Of a stretch of 64,000 nt of DNA, positions 48,835 to 58,600 are shown in pieces (position 1 is the first letter of the stretch; every line of letters starts with the position of its first letter). Location of the stretch: contig JBOEGF010000014.1 of NCBI GenBank assembly GCA_050633305.1, positions 427,436 to 491,435 on the forward strand. Reading direction: 5' to 3'. This DNA is from Nannocystales bacterium (GTDB lineage Bacteria; Myxococcota_A; Polyangia; Nannocystales; Nannocystaceae). Made by a program: the position numbers and the translations under genes. Below the pieces are notes generated by a model. That model saw only the letters and a program-made list of their open reading frames with translations. It searched no databases and had not been told where the DNA came from.

Positions 48835-50694
48835 CTATTCCTCGTCGCAGAGGGGGTCATCTGCGAGCCCCAGTCCGAGGTCGCAGACCGTCTCCGCAAA
48901 CTTGTCCTCAAATGCCTCCCGCGTGATCGTCCCTGATGCGAGTGGAGCGAAACTCGGGTCGAGCCCACCCAACTGCGAGAGCAAGGCATCTGGAGTAATG
49001 CCAAGCTCCGCGGCGGCTTGAGAAAGCGAAATGTTGGCGTCGAAGAGCGAATAGGCGGTGATCGTCGGCTCGAGGTTCGTTCGAGCACCAGCCCATGAGG
49101 CGTCCTCGGCGGCTCGGAACGAAGCCGAGCCTTCCGCGATCAGGTCGGCCATCTCCGCGTTCGTCACGTGGAGCTCCGCGATGGTCTCCTTCGTCTCGAC
49201 ATCAAATTCGAAGCTGCTAAGGACGTAGTCGCGGATCTGGTCCTCTTTTAGCTTGAGCCCCGCATCGTGGCAGCTTATGCAGGAAATCCCACCGCGCACC
49301 GTCTGATCCAGCTGAAGAGGGTCCGTTACGATCGTCACCGGGGCTTCGTCGAGGAGTACACCAGCCTCGTCCGTGATCCCATACGCTTGCAAACCGTTGG
49401 GGAGGTTGAAGATGAACTCGCCGCCGTTGGGCTCAAAGTCGAGCGGGTTGGTGAAGATGTTCTGTTGACCCGAGCTCGTCGCAAAGTCGTAGCTGATCCA
49501 GAATCCCGCCGTGGCTGCATTCGGAAGCTGGTGTCGTTCGTAGATTCGGTTGCTCTGCGATACTCCCGAGTCGAGAAAACCCGCGCGCGCGACCTCCAGG
49601 GTTGCGATGTTCTCGTTGATGTCGATCCCGAGGTCGGCCTCGATCTCCTGGAGCGTGTCGGGGAACCCCAGCATCGCGTAGTATAGTGGCGGCTCCGTGG
49701 CGTCATGGATGAACCAGTCGGCATGCATGATCGGAACGTCAGTCTCCGTGAAGTCCTGGAGGACGAGAGCGTCATCCTCGAGGAGCTGAATCGCGTAAGG
49801 GTTCGCGTCGACGAGCAAGTCCCAGCGGTCCGGCCCCACGGCCGCGTCCCAATCGTAGTCGCGGATGTCGATCCTGTAGACAGTCTGATGCTCGTCGATC
49901 GGGAGAGGAGGCGTGATGACAGGGTTCTGGCTCAGGCTGTTGATCGCCTTGGATAGAGCGAATCGAAACGTGTCGATCTCGTCGTCGCAGTAGCCCGCGT
50001 TGTAGAGATGCGTCAGAGTTAGGTATCGCGTGAACGGTCGGTCGACGGGGTCGACAGCGGCGACGTCAGCGAGTGTCGAGGCAATGATATCTTCGGTCTG
50101 TTGCCAGTCAGCCGCGGGGCACTCCGCCTGCACGGGGGTGACACACGAGTTGACCCATTCCTCCAGCACTGCGACCTCCTCCGGGCCGGGCTGCTCGGGA
50201 ACCGAAGGCGGCGGCATGAGTCCTGCTTCGACCCGGGTGTACAGGGGACTCGAGGAGGCATCCCCTGGCACGAGCCTTCCGCTCACGAGGAGCCGCTCCA
50301 GATCTGTGACGAAGCCAAAACCGCCGGCGTTTGCCACTTCATTGTGGCAGCCTTCGCAGTGAGCCTCCAAGATCGCGAAGGCGGCCTCTTCGACCTCAGC
50401 ACAGTCCTCCCCGGGGGGCTGTGGTGCCCCATCGTCGCTGCCTCCGGATGGGTCCTGACCCGAGCCTGAGTCCGACGCGTCTGGCGCATCGGGGGTGGGG
50501 GAGGCTGTGCCATCGTCGCCCCCGGCCCCTTCTCCCTTGTCTCCTGCGCTGCTCTGACTGTCCACCGCCTCAAGCACGCAGGCGTTCAGAAGCATCGTCC
50601 CCAGAAGGGTTGCACGGGACAACCGAGAGCGAACACTCGACTTGTCGTTGCGAAAGAGGGAGGGGGCGACTCGGATGAAGGGCGACGTGGACAT
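48835..50694 (-). CDS. Lipoprotein with planctomycete-type cytochrome c domain and a second CxxCH
   Basis: LNAC lipobox; ILEAHCEGCH...VPGDASSSPLY...MPP; CISCH. Confidence 0.85.
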   Translation of the reverse strand: MSTSPFIRVAPSLFRNDKSSVRSRLSRATLLGTMLLNACVLEAVDSQSSAGDKGEGAGGDDGTASPTPDAPDASDSGSGQDPSGGSDDGAPQPPGEDCAEVEEAAFAILEAHCEGCHNEVANAGGFGFVTDLERLLVSGRLVPGDASSSPLYTRVEAGLMPPPSVPEQPGPEEVAVLEEWVNSCVTPVQAECPAADWQQTEDIIASTLADVAAVDPVDRPFTRYLTLTHLYNAGYCDDEIDTFRFALSKAINSLSQNPVITPPLPIDEHQTVYRIDIRDYDWDAAVGPDRWDLLVDANPYAIQLLEDDALVLQDFTETDVPIMHADWFIHDATEPPLYYAMLGFPDTLQEIEADLGIDINENIATLEVARAGFLDSGVSQSNRIYERHQLPNAATAGFWISYDFATSSGQQNIFTNPLDFEPNGGEFIFNLPNGLQAYGITDEAGVLLDEAPVTIVTDPLQLDQTVRGGISCISCHDAGLKLKEDQIRDYVLSSFEFDVETKETIAELHVTNAEMADLIAEGSASFRAAEDASWAGARTNLEPTITAYSLFDANISLSQAAAELGITPDALLSQLGGLDPSFAPLASGTITREAFEDKFAETVCDLGLGLADDPLCDEE

Positions 50695-50824
50695 GGCTTT
50701 GTTCTGTTCTTTCTCGGATGGGAGCCGCGGGACTGCGGTCATGGGGGGAGGCCACCCCCGCGCGATACAGCGCGAGGCGGACAGCCTCCGTGACGAGGGG
50801 GCTGCGAGGGGGCAGGGGCGGCCC

Positions 50825-51583
50825 CTAAAAACGAAGTGCAACGGAGACACCTTGTCGGCGAGGAAGCACGCTCATGCTCGTTCGCCGGCGCCGTCTTCGT
50901 TCTCCGACATGGCGGCTTTCGGCGCCGGCCAACAAGGTCACCGCTCCCACAAGGACCATCGCTGCCCCTGATGCGAGCAGAACATCTCCGGCAATGGCCT
51001 GAGTTCGTGCAAGGCGGTAGTGGTCTGTGTTGGTGACCTCGACGTTCGCGGCGGCTGACTCTCTCGCATTCCTTGCATTCGTCAGTGCCGTGAGCGCGAG
51101 CGCCGTTCCCCCCGCGACGGCTCCGCTGCCCAGAGGGATGAGCGTGCTGCCAGTCACGACCGCCCACTTGGGCAGGCGGTTCTTTCGCCGCCCTCGAGGC
51201 CCTCTGGGGCGTGGTTTCTCGTCGTTCGCTACTGGAGGCGGAGCAGGCGGTGGTGGGGAGGTCGGAGCTCCGGCGCCCAAGTCTTCCAGCCGCGCGCGGC
51301 AGGTGGCGCGACCCTGGGGCGGGGCATCCTCGTGGGATAGGAACTGCTTGTAGTAGAGTTTGGCCTGCGGAATGTTGCCCGCGGCCTCGTAAACACGGCC
51401 GATGTTGAAGAGGTGTTCTGGGCGTCCTGTCCCCTCATAGGATTTCTGAAAACCTGCGATCGCGCCTGGGTAGTCCCCGGCTTCGAACCTTTGGACCGCG
51501 TCGTCTACGTGGGATTGGGGACGTTTCGGAGTCTCGGGAGACCCTGCCAAGATTACGGACAGGAGAAGTTTCGCAGAACTCAC
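50825..51583 (-). CDS. TPR-containing exported/membrane protein
   Basis: FEAGDYPGAIAGFQKSY...LFNIGRVYE...AKLYYKQFL; two C-terminal hydrophobic helices. Confidence 0.8.
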   Translation of the reverse strand: MSSAKLLLSVILAGSPETPKRPQSHVDDAVQRFEAGDYPGAIAGFQKSYEGTGRPEHLFNIGRVYEAAGNIPQAKLYYKQFLSHEDAPPQGRATCRARLEDLGAGAPTSPPPPAPPPVANDEKPRPRGPRGRRKNRLPKWAVVTGSTLIPLGSGAVAGGTALALTALTNARNARESAAANVEVTNTDHYRLARTQAIAGDVLLASGAAMVLVGAVTLLAGAESRHVGERRRRRRTSMSVLPRRQGVSVALRF

Positions 51584-53085
51584 TTTTTGACCCCCATGAA
51601 CATGCTGTGCTCTTCGCTGGCTGCGAGAAACGTGGGAGAGCCGTGGTGTTGGCGGCCTGCTCGGCGCCGCCTTCGTCGTCGTCGCCGCGTCCGCCGTCGA
51701 GGGCGGGTGGGGGTCTTTGCGACACCCTCCTGCTTCGCTGCGGCCGTGGCCGTCGTTTCCGCGTCAGGTCGCTCCGAACACGCGGTGGCGGGGTCCGATT
51801 CGAACGAGACGAGGGAGCCCGGCGGAGACCCCCCGGCGCCGCTTCGGCTGCTCGGGGTCTCTGCCACGCCTGCCGCCCCGGAGGTGGGGTTCGCCGGCGA
51901 GGAAACGCGACGCTGTTTCATCGCCGTGGTCGGTGGCGGCACCGTGAGAAGGGGTTCGTGGGCCGCCACGGGGTCGCTGGGCTCGGGGGACGCGATAGAT
52001 ACGGCGCCGAGTGTTGCGGCTCCCGCCAAGACGGCCAGCCACATCGACGGAGGGATTATCGAGCGGAATGAGGGGGGGGGGTGTGGGGCTACAGTCATTG
52101 GTTTGAGTGCCTGTGAGGGGTATTCGTGGACGGGGTTGGGGTGCTCCTCGGTTTCGGCGAGCTCCAAAGGAGGTGGCGTAGGAGGCTGAAGAGTCCTGAG
52201 AAAAGCGGTGAGCAGCACGTTCGCATCGGCGGGTCGGTGGTAACGATTCGAGGAGACGCAGCGCTCACAAAGCAGGCGGAGGCGGCGGCGGGTCTTGGGC
52301 TCTCTGTCCGCTCTCGCGGGAGGTTCGAGATAGAGAACCTTTGTAAACAAACGGCCGAGCTCCAGTACGTCGTCGCGGGCATCGATTACGGTCGACTCTG
52401 GGCCAATCTCGCTGTCCACGCTGCTGAGGGAGGAAAACGCATCATTCTCTGTTGTTCGGTCGATACGCCCACAGCGATGTAGCCCGGCGACGATGACTCG
52501 CATTGCCCGCAGTTTGTCTCCGCTCATATAGATGCTGTGGGCACCCAGGTTCTGATGGACGATGCCGCTCTCGTGCAGATGACCAACTGCCAAGAGGATC
52601 TGCATGCCGATGTGCACGAAGTCGTCGATCGAAAATGGTCCTCGCGCCCGAAGTTCGTCGGACAGGGGCCGACCCGCGGGGCTCTCAAATACGAGGAACT
52701 TCGGTGCTTTAGAGACGCTTCCATCGACCACACGGCTCAGGCCTCGGTGGCGAATGCCGGAGACCCAGCTCCAACTCGACGCGGAGACGCCTGCTGCGGA
52801 GTCATCGAAAAGTGCGAGATGAACGGGGGCTGCTGTCGCCGTGTCTTCGGCGGAATAGAGAGTGGCAACGAGGGAGGTCCCAAGAACCGAGTTCAGGCGA
52901 TACCTGCCCCCGAGTGGTTCAGGCAGGGCACAATTTTTGGAGGGTCCAGGCACAGACGGTTCTTCCTTGCCATGGGCGTCCGGACACTCTGCACGGACTC
53001 CCGAAGGTCGAAGCGACGCGCCGCGCATCGTCTTCGCGTTACCTTGTGTCGCGGGAGCTCGAAACGGTTGCAGGTTTGTGTGCAA
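51580..53085 (-). CDS. Ser/Thr kinase-fold protein lacking catalytic motifs (pseudokinase) with TM; start uncertain
   Basis: GRYRLNSVLG, FLVFE..G.PL, HLHESGIVHQNL, HRPADA align to the kinase fold; VAIK, HRD and DFG are substituted. Confidence 0.75.
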   Translation of the reverse strand: MHTNLQPFRAPATQGNAKTMRGASLRPSGVRAECPDAHGKEEPSVPGPSKNCALPEPLGGRYRLNSVLGTSLVATLYSAEDTATAAPVHLALFDDSAAGVSASSWSWVSGIRHRGLSRVVDGSVSKAPKFLVFESPAGRPLSDELRARGPFSIDDFVHIGMQILLAVGHLHESGIVHQNLGAHSIYMSGDKLRAMRVIVAGLHRCGRIDRTTENDAFSSLSSVDSEIGPESTVIDARDDVLELGRLFTKVLYLEPPARADREPKTRRRLRLLCERCVSSNRYHRPADANVLLTAFLRTLQPPTPPPLELAETEEHPNPVHEYPSQALKPMTVAPHPPPSFRSIIPPSMWLAVLAGAATLGAVSIASPEPSDPVAAHEPLLTVPPPTTAMKQRRVSSPANPTSGAAGVAETPSSRSGAGGSPPGSLVSFESDPATACSERPDAETTATAAAKQEGVAKTPTRPRRRTRRRRRRRRRAGRQHHGSPTFLAASEEHSMFMGVKK

Positions 53086-53119
53086 GCCAGGCTACGGTCG
53101 AGGCGCAGCGGAGCTCCGG

Positions 53120-53668
53120 TCAGTGGCTCGACGTCAGGCTCGAGAGTTTGCCTCTCATCTGTCGCCGTGCTCGTAGGAGCCAACTCTTCACGGTGCCAGG
53201 AGGCACCCCCTGCACTTCCGCAATCTCTGTCACCGAGCGACCGCCCCAGTAGTGGAGCATCACGGTGAGGCGCCAACGTTCGGGTAGGGCTTGCACCGCT
53301 TCCATGAGCTGTTCGTGCCGTTCCCGGAGGTGGACGACTTGACTCGCCGTTGAGACCGCGCTTTCGGGTTCTTCGGCAAGGCCTGCTCGTCGTGAGGTCG
53401 TCATCCGCTCGGCCCGCAGATGTTCGAACGCGACGCGGCGCGCCACCCCGCCCAAGAACTGGGGGAACTTGGCGGGATCGCGGATCCGGCTCACGTTCTG
53501 AGTGCAGACGAGAAACGTCTGCTGCAACAGGTCGTCGGCGGCTCCGGCGAGCGCTCCGTAGAAGTACCGAGACGCAACCCGGGAGTGGCGACGGAGGAGT
53601 TCCGTACCGGCTTCGGCGTGTCCCTGCTGCCACCGGAGAACGAGCTCTCGGTCCAGGGGAACCGCCAT
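53120..53668 (-). CDS. ECF RNA polymerase sigma factor
   Basis: LVLRWQQG, AADDLLQQTFL, LHYWGG.SVTEIAEVQGVPPGTVKSWLLRAR. Confidence 0.92.
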   Translation of the reverse strand: MAVPLDRELVLRWQQGHAEAGTELLRRHSRVASRYFYGALAGAADDLLQQTFLVCTQNVSRIRDPAKFPQFLGGVARRVAFEHLRAERMTTSRRAGLAEEPESAVSTASQVVHLRERHEQLMEAVQALPERWRLTVMLHYWGGRSVTEIAEVQGVPPGTVKSWLLRARRQMRGKLSSLTSSH

Positions 53669-54062
53669 GTCGACGGTTGGAGCGGATGGACGCCCGCGCC
53701 ACCCGAACGTCATCGCTGGCTGCTCCCATGGCTCACCCGCAGCTTTGCGGTCGCGCCCTCGTGCCCGGGTGCGCAGCGGCGACGACGAGACACTCCGGGG
53801 TTCCTTGTCGGATCCCACCGAACCAACTTCTGCTCCGTCTGGGCCAACTGGTCCAAGGAGGTCTCCACATCACGGGTCGTTTGACAGAGATTGCGCATCG
53901 GTTCACCAGGGGCACAGGCACGCCGCGAACGCGTCCGAGGAGTCCTCCGCCGTCGTGCTCGTCCAACGTGCCGGCCATGGCACAGTCACCGACATCGGCG
54001 CCCTCCTCCATCTCGATCCGCAGGTGCGCAGCGTCTCGTCCAAACCGGCTCGCTCGGCAAGC

Positions 54063-54221
54063 ACGTGCCCACGTGTCGCCGACATCGGATGAAAAAAAGA
54101 TGACGTTCTTGGCCACCCGCGAGTGACTGTGCGAATTCGGTGCGAGTGCGCGCTGCGGCCGCGATCTGTCGGAACAAGAGCGTGGATTTTTTCATCCGAT
54201 GCCGATTCGTCGAGGACACGT
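54063..54221. promoter_or_regulatory. Back-to-back copies of TTTTTTCATCCGATG-N15-CACGT in a divergent intergenic region
   Basis: Perfect 15-bp inverted repeat at 54083-54097 and 54187-54201; CACGT at identical spacing on both strands. Confidence 0.6.
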
Positions 54222-54340
54222 TGAGTCGACTGACCGGCCCGGCTCCGGCGCGTCCACGGAGATGCGTTCGTCAACAACTGACGCGCATGTCGCCAGACGA
54301 CTCTTCGCGTTCGTCACGCCCCCCTCATCCGTTGACTACG

Positions 54341-55300
54341 ATGCAACAGCACTTGCAGGTGGATATCTGCACCTACCTTGCGCGGCTATCGGTTCTCGAG
54401 CGAAAACTCGCAGACTGCGATACGGCGGGGACCGAAGAACTCGCCGCAGACGAAGCGTGGGCTCACCTCGTGCCCTCGACCGATGCATTGGCGGAGAGCG
54501 CGTCCGAGCTCTTCGACAGTCTCGCGACGACCGGTACGGAAAACATCCGCTCAGAGATACCTGCGGTCATTCCGGGTCTCGCGTTCGTGGCCAAAATGGA
54601 GGTTCACCGGCTGCGCAAGCAACTCTCGACGTTGAGTGAGAATCAGCCCAGGCGGCATATTCTCGACGGTTGTCAGCGAACACGTCGGCACATCTTGAGA
54701 GCCGTGACGGCTGTCGCCAATGAGCTGCGCGGCCATACACCGTCGGACACCGTGCTTCCGCAGTTCAACGAAGAACTCGGTCGCTCGCTCCGTTGTCGTC
54801 GAGCGCTCTCCGCCCTCTGGCACCGGATCGACGCCAGCGCTGGGCGACCGCTACTTCAGCGGCTGCGCCTCGCCGGCGCAGCGTTCGCCACGCTTCAAGG
54901 CTGCGATGCCTACCGAGACATTCGAGTCGGGGACCGACTTGGCCTTCGAGAGGTGCAAGCGCGTTTGCTGGCGTGGCTTAGGCTTCCCGACCGGTCGGAC
55001 AAAAGAGGAGAACGCCTGCTTGCGGCCACCCATGGTTTCGTTCAAGTGACTCGAGGAATCAACGCCCGAGCCGAACTGATCGAGCACGACGACAGGTTGA
55101 TCGCGGAGCTCATACCCGTTCTCGCCGCGAGACCGGCAGGGACGATCCCCCCAGCGCTGCTCTCGAAGCTCGTCCTTCTGCAAGGCAGCAAGCGATCCCT
55201 GGATGCCCTCCTCCTCGGGGACCTCCCCCTCAACGTCGAGACCGTCCTCCCTGTACTTCGCTCGGTCAACGTTGCAGCGGGCCCGCCGTCGTTCACGTAA
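54341..55300 (+). CDS. Hypothetical alpha-helical protein
   Basis: About 319-aa Leu/Arg-rich ORF; no motif recognised. Confidence 0.65.
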   Translation: MQQHLQVDICTYLARLSVLERKLADCDTAGTEELAADEAWAHLVPSTDALAESASELFDSLATTGTENIRSEIPAVIPGLAFVAKMEVHRLRKQLSTLSENQPRRHILDGCQRTRRHILRAVTAVANELRGHTPSDTVLPQFNEELGRSLRCRRALSALWHRIDASAGRPLLQRLRLAGAAFATLQGCDAYRDIRVGDRLGLREVQARLLAWLRLPDRSDKRGERLLAATHGFVQVTRGINARAELIEHDDRLIAELIPVLAARPAGTIPPALLSKLVLLQGSKRSLDALLLGDLPLNVETVLPVLRSVNVAAGPPSFT

Positions 55301-55318
55301 GGGACACCGAGGACTCGA

Positions 55319-55660
55319 TCAGCCTTCGAGCTTCTCGACAACGATGTCGATGAACTCGGCGGCGGTGAGGTCCTTGTACTTGTACGTGCCCTCGAACCAC
55401 CCCACGACGGCATCCTCTTCGCCACCTTTGGCGCGGCGCGTCAGCTCGCGGTACTCGTTGCACACGTCGGCGAGGCGACCCAACACGCCCTCGGCTGCTT
55501 CGTCGTCGCGGTACCGTTTTCGGAGCCACTTGAACATGAAGTAGATGAGGGTGTCGTCGGCATCGCGCAGGTGGCTGTACGTTTCGACGGAGTCCATCGT
55601 CCCCAGTTCGATGCCCTCGAGAATGCGAAGGGCCGACTGTTTCTCGTGCTCGAAGCTCAT
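55319..55660 (-). CDS. Small hypothetical protein
   Basis: 113-aa ORF, high GC3, co-oriented directly after the macroglobulin gene. Confidence 0.75.
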   Translation of the reverse strand: MSFEHEKQSALRILEGIELGTMDSVETYSHLRDADDTLIYFMFKWLRKRYRDDEAAEGVLGRLADVCNEYRELTRRAKGGEEDAVVGWFEGTYKYKDLTAAEFIDIVVEKLEG

Positions 55661-55690
55661 TTGCCGGGAGGGTACCGGAGGGCCGGGCGG

Positions 55691-58600
55691 CTAGGGAGAA
55701 ACGACTCGAACCGGCCGGCCGCCTGTGTTTCCGGACACCTCCGGCGAATACATCGCGTGGACGGTGGCGGGCGGCATCGAGTAATGCCCCTCGTGGGTCG
55801 CGCGCACCGGAACTCGGTAGCGGTAGGTGCCGGCCGGAAGTTGGTCCACGAAAACCAAAACCCGGTCGCCCCGGAGCTCGTGATGGGAGTACGGAAGCGA
55901 CCGACCGCCGGTAGATGTGCGGACGGTTTTCGACGCGCCGCCGCGCCCCAGACTTCGGTCCACGGCTTCGAGCCCCGCGGGTAAGGGGACGTCGATCGCG
56001 ACGTATCGCTGACGCGCGTCGGCGGTGATCACCACCTCGAGGGTGCCCCCTTCGCCGGCGACCAAGGAGCGGTCATCCAATGCTCCACGGCTGTCGAACA
56101 ACGTTCGCTGGATGGATATGCCCCTTGCTCGAGGTTCGATGGTCTCGGGTTTCGGTGCCCACTGCATGCCGACTCGGTAGTACATCCGGCCCTGGCCGAG
56201 GCGTTCCAACGTAACCAGCGGGTCCTCGGTGGTGATGGCGGCGCTCTCTTGGACCAGCGTGAGGTCGCGACCGTTGAAGCTGGCATCGACGACCATGGAT
56301 GTGCCGACCCAGGCCCGCACATCCATGTCGGGTTCGACGGATTCACGGAGCTCTGCATAGCCGGCCATCGCGAGCAGGGCGTAGGCGTTCTCCTGAGTGT
56401 TGCGGAGCTGTCCGCTGTTTCGTGCCTTGGTGAGTCCGCGCGCGAGTGGCTCGATGAGCGCGTCGTCGGGCGCGGCTCTCACGAGCGCCAAGAGGATCAT
56501 GGCGTCGGTTCGAACCGGCGAATCAAACAGCGCGGTGAAGCGCCGCGACGCGGCCTTGCTCCGTGCTGTGGTGTCACGAACCTCAACCCGCTCGCGCAGA
56601 CTGTCGAGCAATGCTGGGAGTCGGGGGTCGTTGGGGTCGCCGGTGTGTACGGCCATCGCGAGCAGGGCGCGGGAAAACACCGGCAGCGCGTCGGCCCGAG
56701 AGAGCAGTCCTTCGAGCACTTCGGGTTGCACGCGACCTGAGGACGCGATCGCGAGCAACGCCATGGCAGCGCGCGCGTCATCGTGTGCGCTGGGGGTGGC
56801 GTATGAGCGGACCCGGGCGAGTTCGGTCTCGAGAAACGACAGGGCTCGCTCCAAGACGTCTTCGTCGATCTGAATACCGGAACGCTTGAGCTCGCCGAGG
56901 ACCCATGCCGCGTAGGCCGTGCCGTAGACGTGGGCGTGGCTGGAGCCGGGCCAGTAGCCGAACCCTCCGCTCGCGGTTTGCATGCTCTCGAGGCGATCCA
57001 ACCCCGCTTGTGCGAATTCGGTGACGCTGCCGACACCCAGGTCGAACCCCTCCAGCTCGTGGAGGGCTGCCAAGGGAACCAGGCGAGAAGACGTCTGCTC
57101 GACACAGCCGTACGGATAGGTGACGAGGTCGTTGGCGGTGTCTTTGTAGCCGCCGAGCATCGATGCGTAGACGTCGACGGAAGCCGACGCCGAGTCGGGA
57201 ATGTGCGTGCCGGGAACCTCGAGCGCGACCGCACTGGTCTGCACATCGAGCATCGAGCCGTAGGTCGCGGCGTGGCGGATCAGGGTGCGCTCCGCTCGGA
57301 CCTCCAGGGGGAGTTCGCTGGCGTCTTGCAGCACATGCCCGTCGTCGGTCGTGAGGGTGGCGCTGACCCAGACGAGCAGCTCGCCGGGGCCCTGTGCTTC
57401 CACGGAAACGGGAATCCGGGCCTGCGCGCCGTCTAGCCGCCGGGTGATGGTGCCCGGGGATGTGATGCGCGCGAGGCCTGCGGCGTCTTTGAGCGCCACC
57501 TTCACCTCGAGGGTTCCCGGCGTGTCGGTCAAGTTGTCGACGAGCACCCCGAGCTCCGCGGTGTCTCCTGGCCGGAGGACTCGGGGGAGGAGTGGGCGCA
57601 CCGCCAGGTCCTGGGTGACGCGAACCTTGCTCTCTTCGCGTCCCGCTCTGGCAAACGCGCCGGTCCCGGGGACCTCCGCGGTGGCGACCGCCGCGATTCG
57701 GAATGTGGTGAGGTTGTCGGGGAGCACACCGTGTACGCGGGCCGTCCCGTCGGACCCGGTCTTCACGTCTCCGATGAAGATCGGAGCGGGGTCGAAGTTG
57801 CGCCGTGTCTTGGGGGAGGAGCCGGCACCCCCGCCTCCCATGCCCGCGCCACTGCCAAACCCTGAACCTCCAGCGCCCCCGCCGGAGCCGACCCCGCGGA
57901 GGCCGGACTCAAAGGGGTCTCGCCGGAGTGTGTACGGGGTCCGCAGGTCGCGATAGCCGTTGAAGTACCGGGCTTCGTTTCCGCGGTCGATGGCCAACGC
58001 GTGGGTGAAGCTGGGGAAGCTCCAGTCGCGCAGCATCAAGATCCCCTCGTCGACAGCCCAGACGGAAACGTGGGCGTCCGTGACGGGGCGTCCTTTGGGG
58101 TCGGCCACGGTGACGTCGATGGGTAGGGTGCTGCCCGCGGATGCCACGGTAGGGTTCTGCACTGTGACGGTGAGCTCGCGGCTCCCGTATCCAAGCTCGA
58201 CGGTGTCGAAGGAGTACTCGAGGTAGGGCAGGCGTTTGCCGTCGGGGTGGGCGACGAGCGTGTCGAGGTAGCCGTTGGGTACCCAGCTCTCGTTTGCGGT
58301 CAGGCGCAGCTGCGCAGCGTGGTCTTGGGTGGTGAACGGGTGGGTTGTCCGGATACCCGCGTGCACTTCGACCACGACCCCGGTCGCTCGTGGGAGGTGG
58401 GTTTGCACGGCGATGTCGACGGCCTCGCCGACGGTCGACTGTTCGGGAGCGCTCACGGAGAAGTCGATGTCTTCCGACTTGGGGCCGGGCCGGCCCAGCA
58501 CCCAGACGCTGTCGTGGTGGCTGACCTTGACACCATCGACTCCACCGATGAGCACCGTGTTGTAGCGGCCGGGCTTTCGTGGGGTCCAAGTGCACGTGCC

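Noticed and set aside
54083..54201. Inverted repeat as MITE ends
   Set aside because: No target-site duplication seen, and similarity extends outward (CACGT), which fits regulatory sites better.
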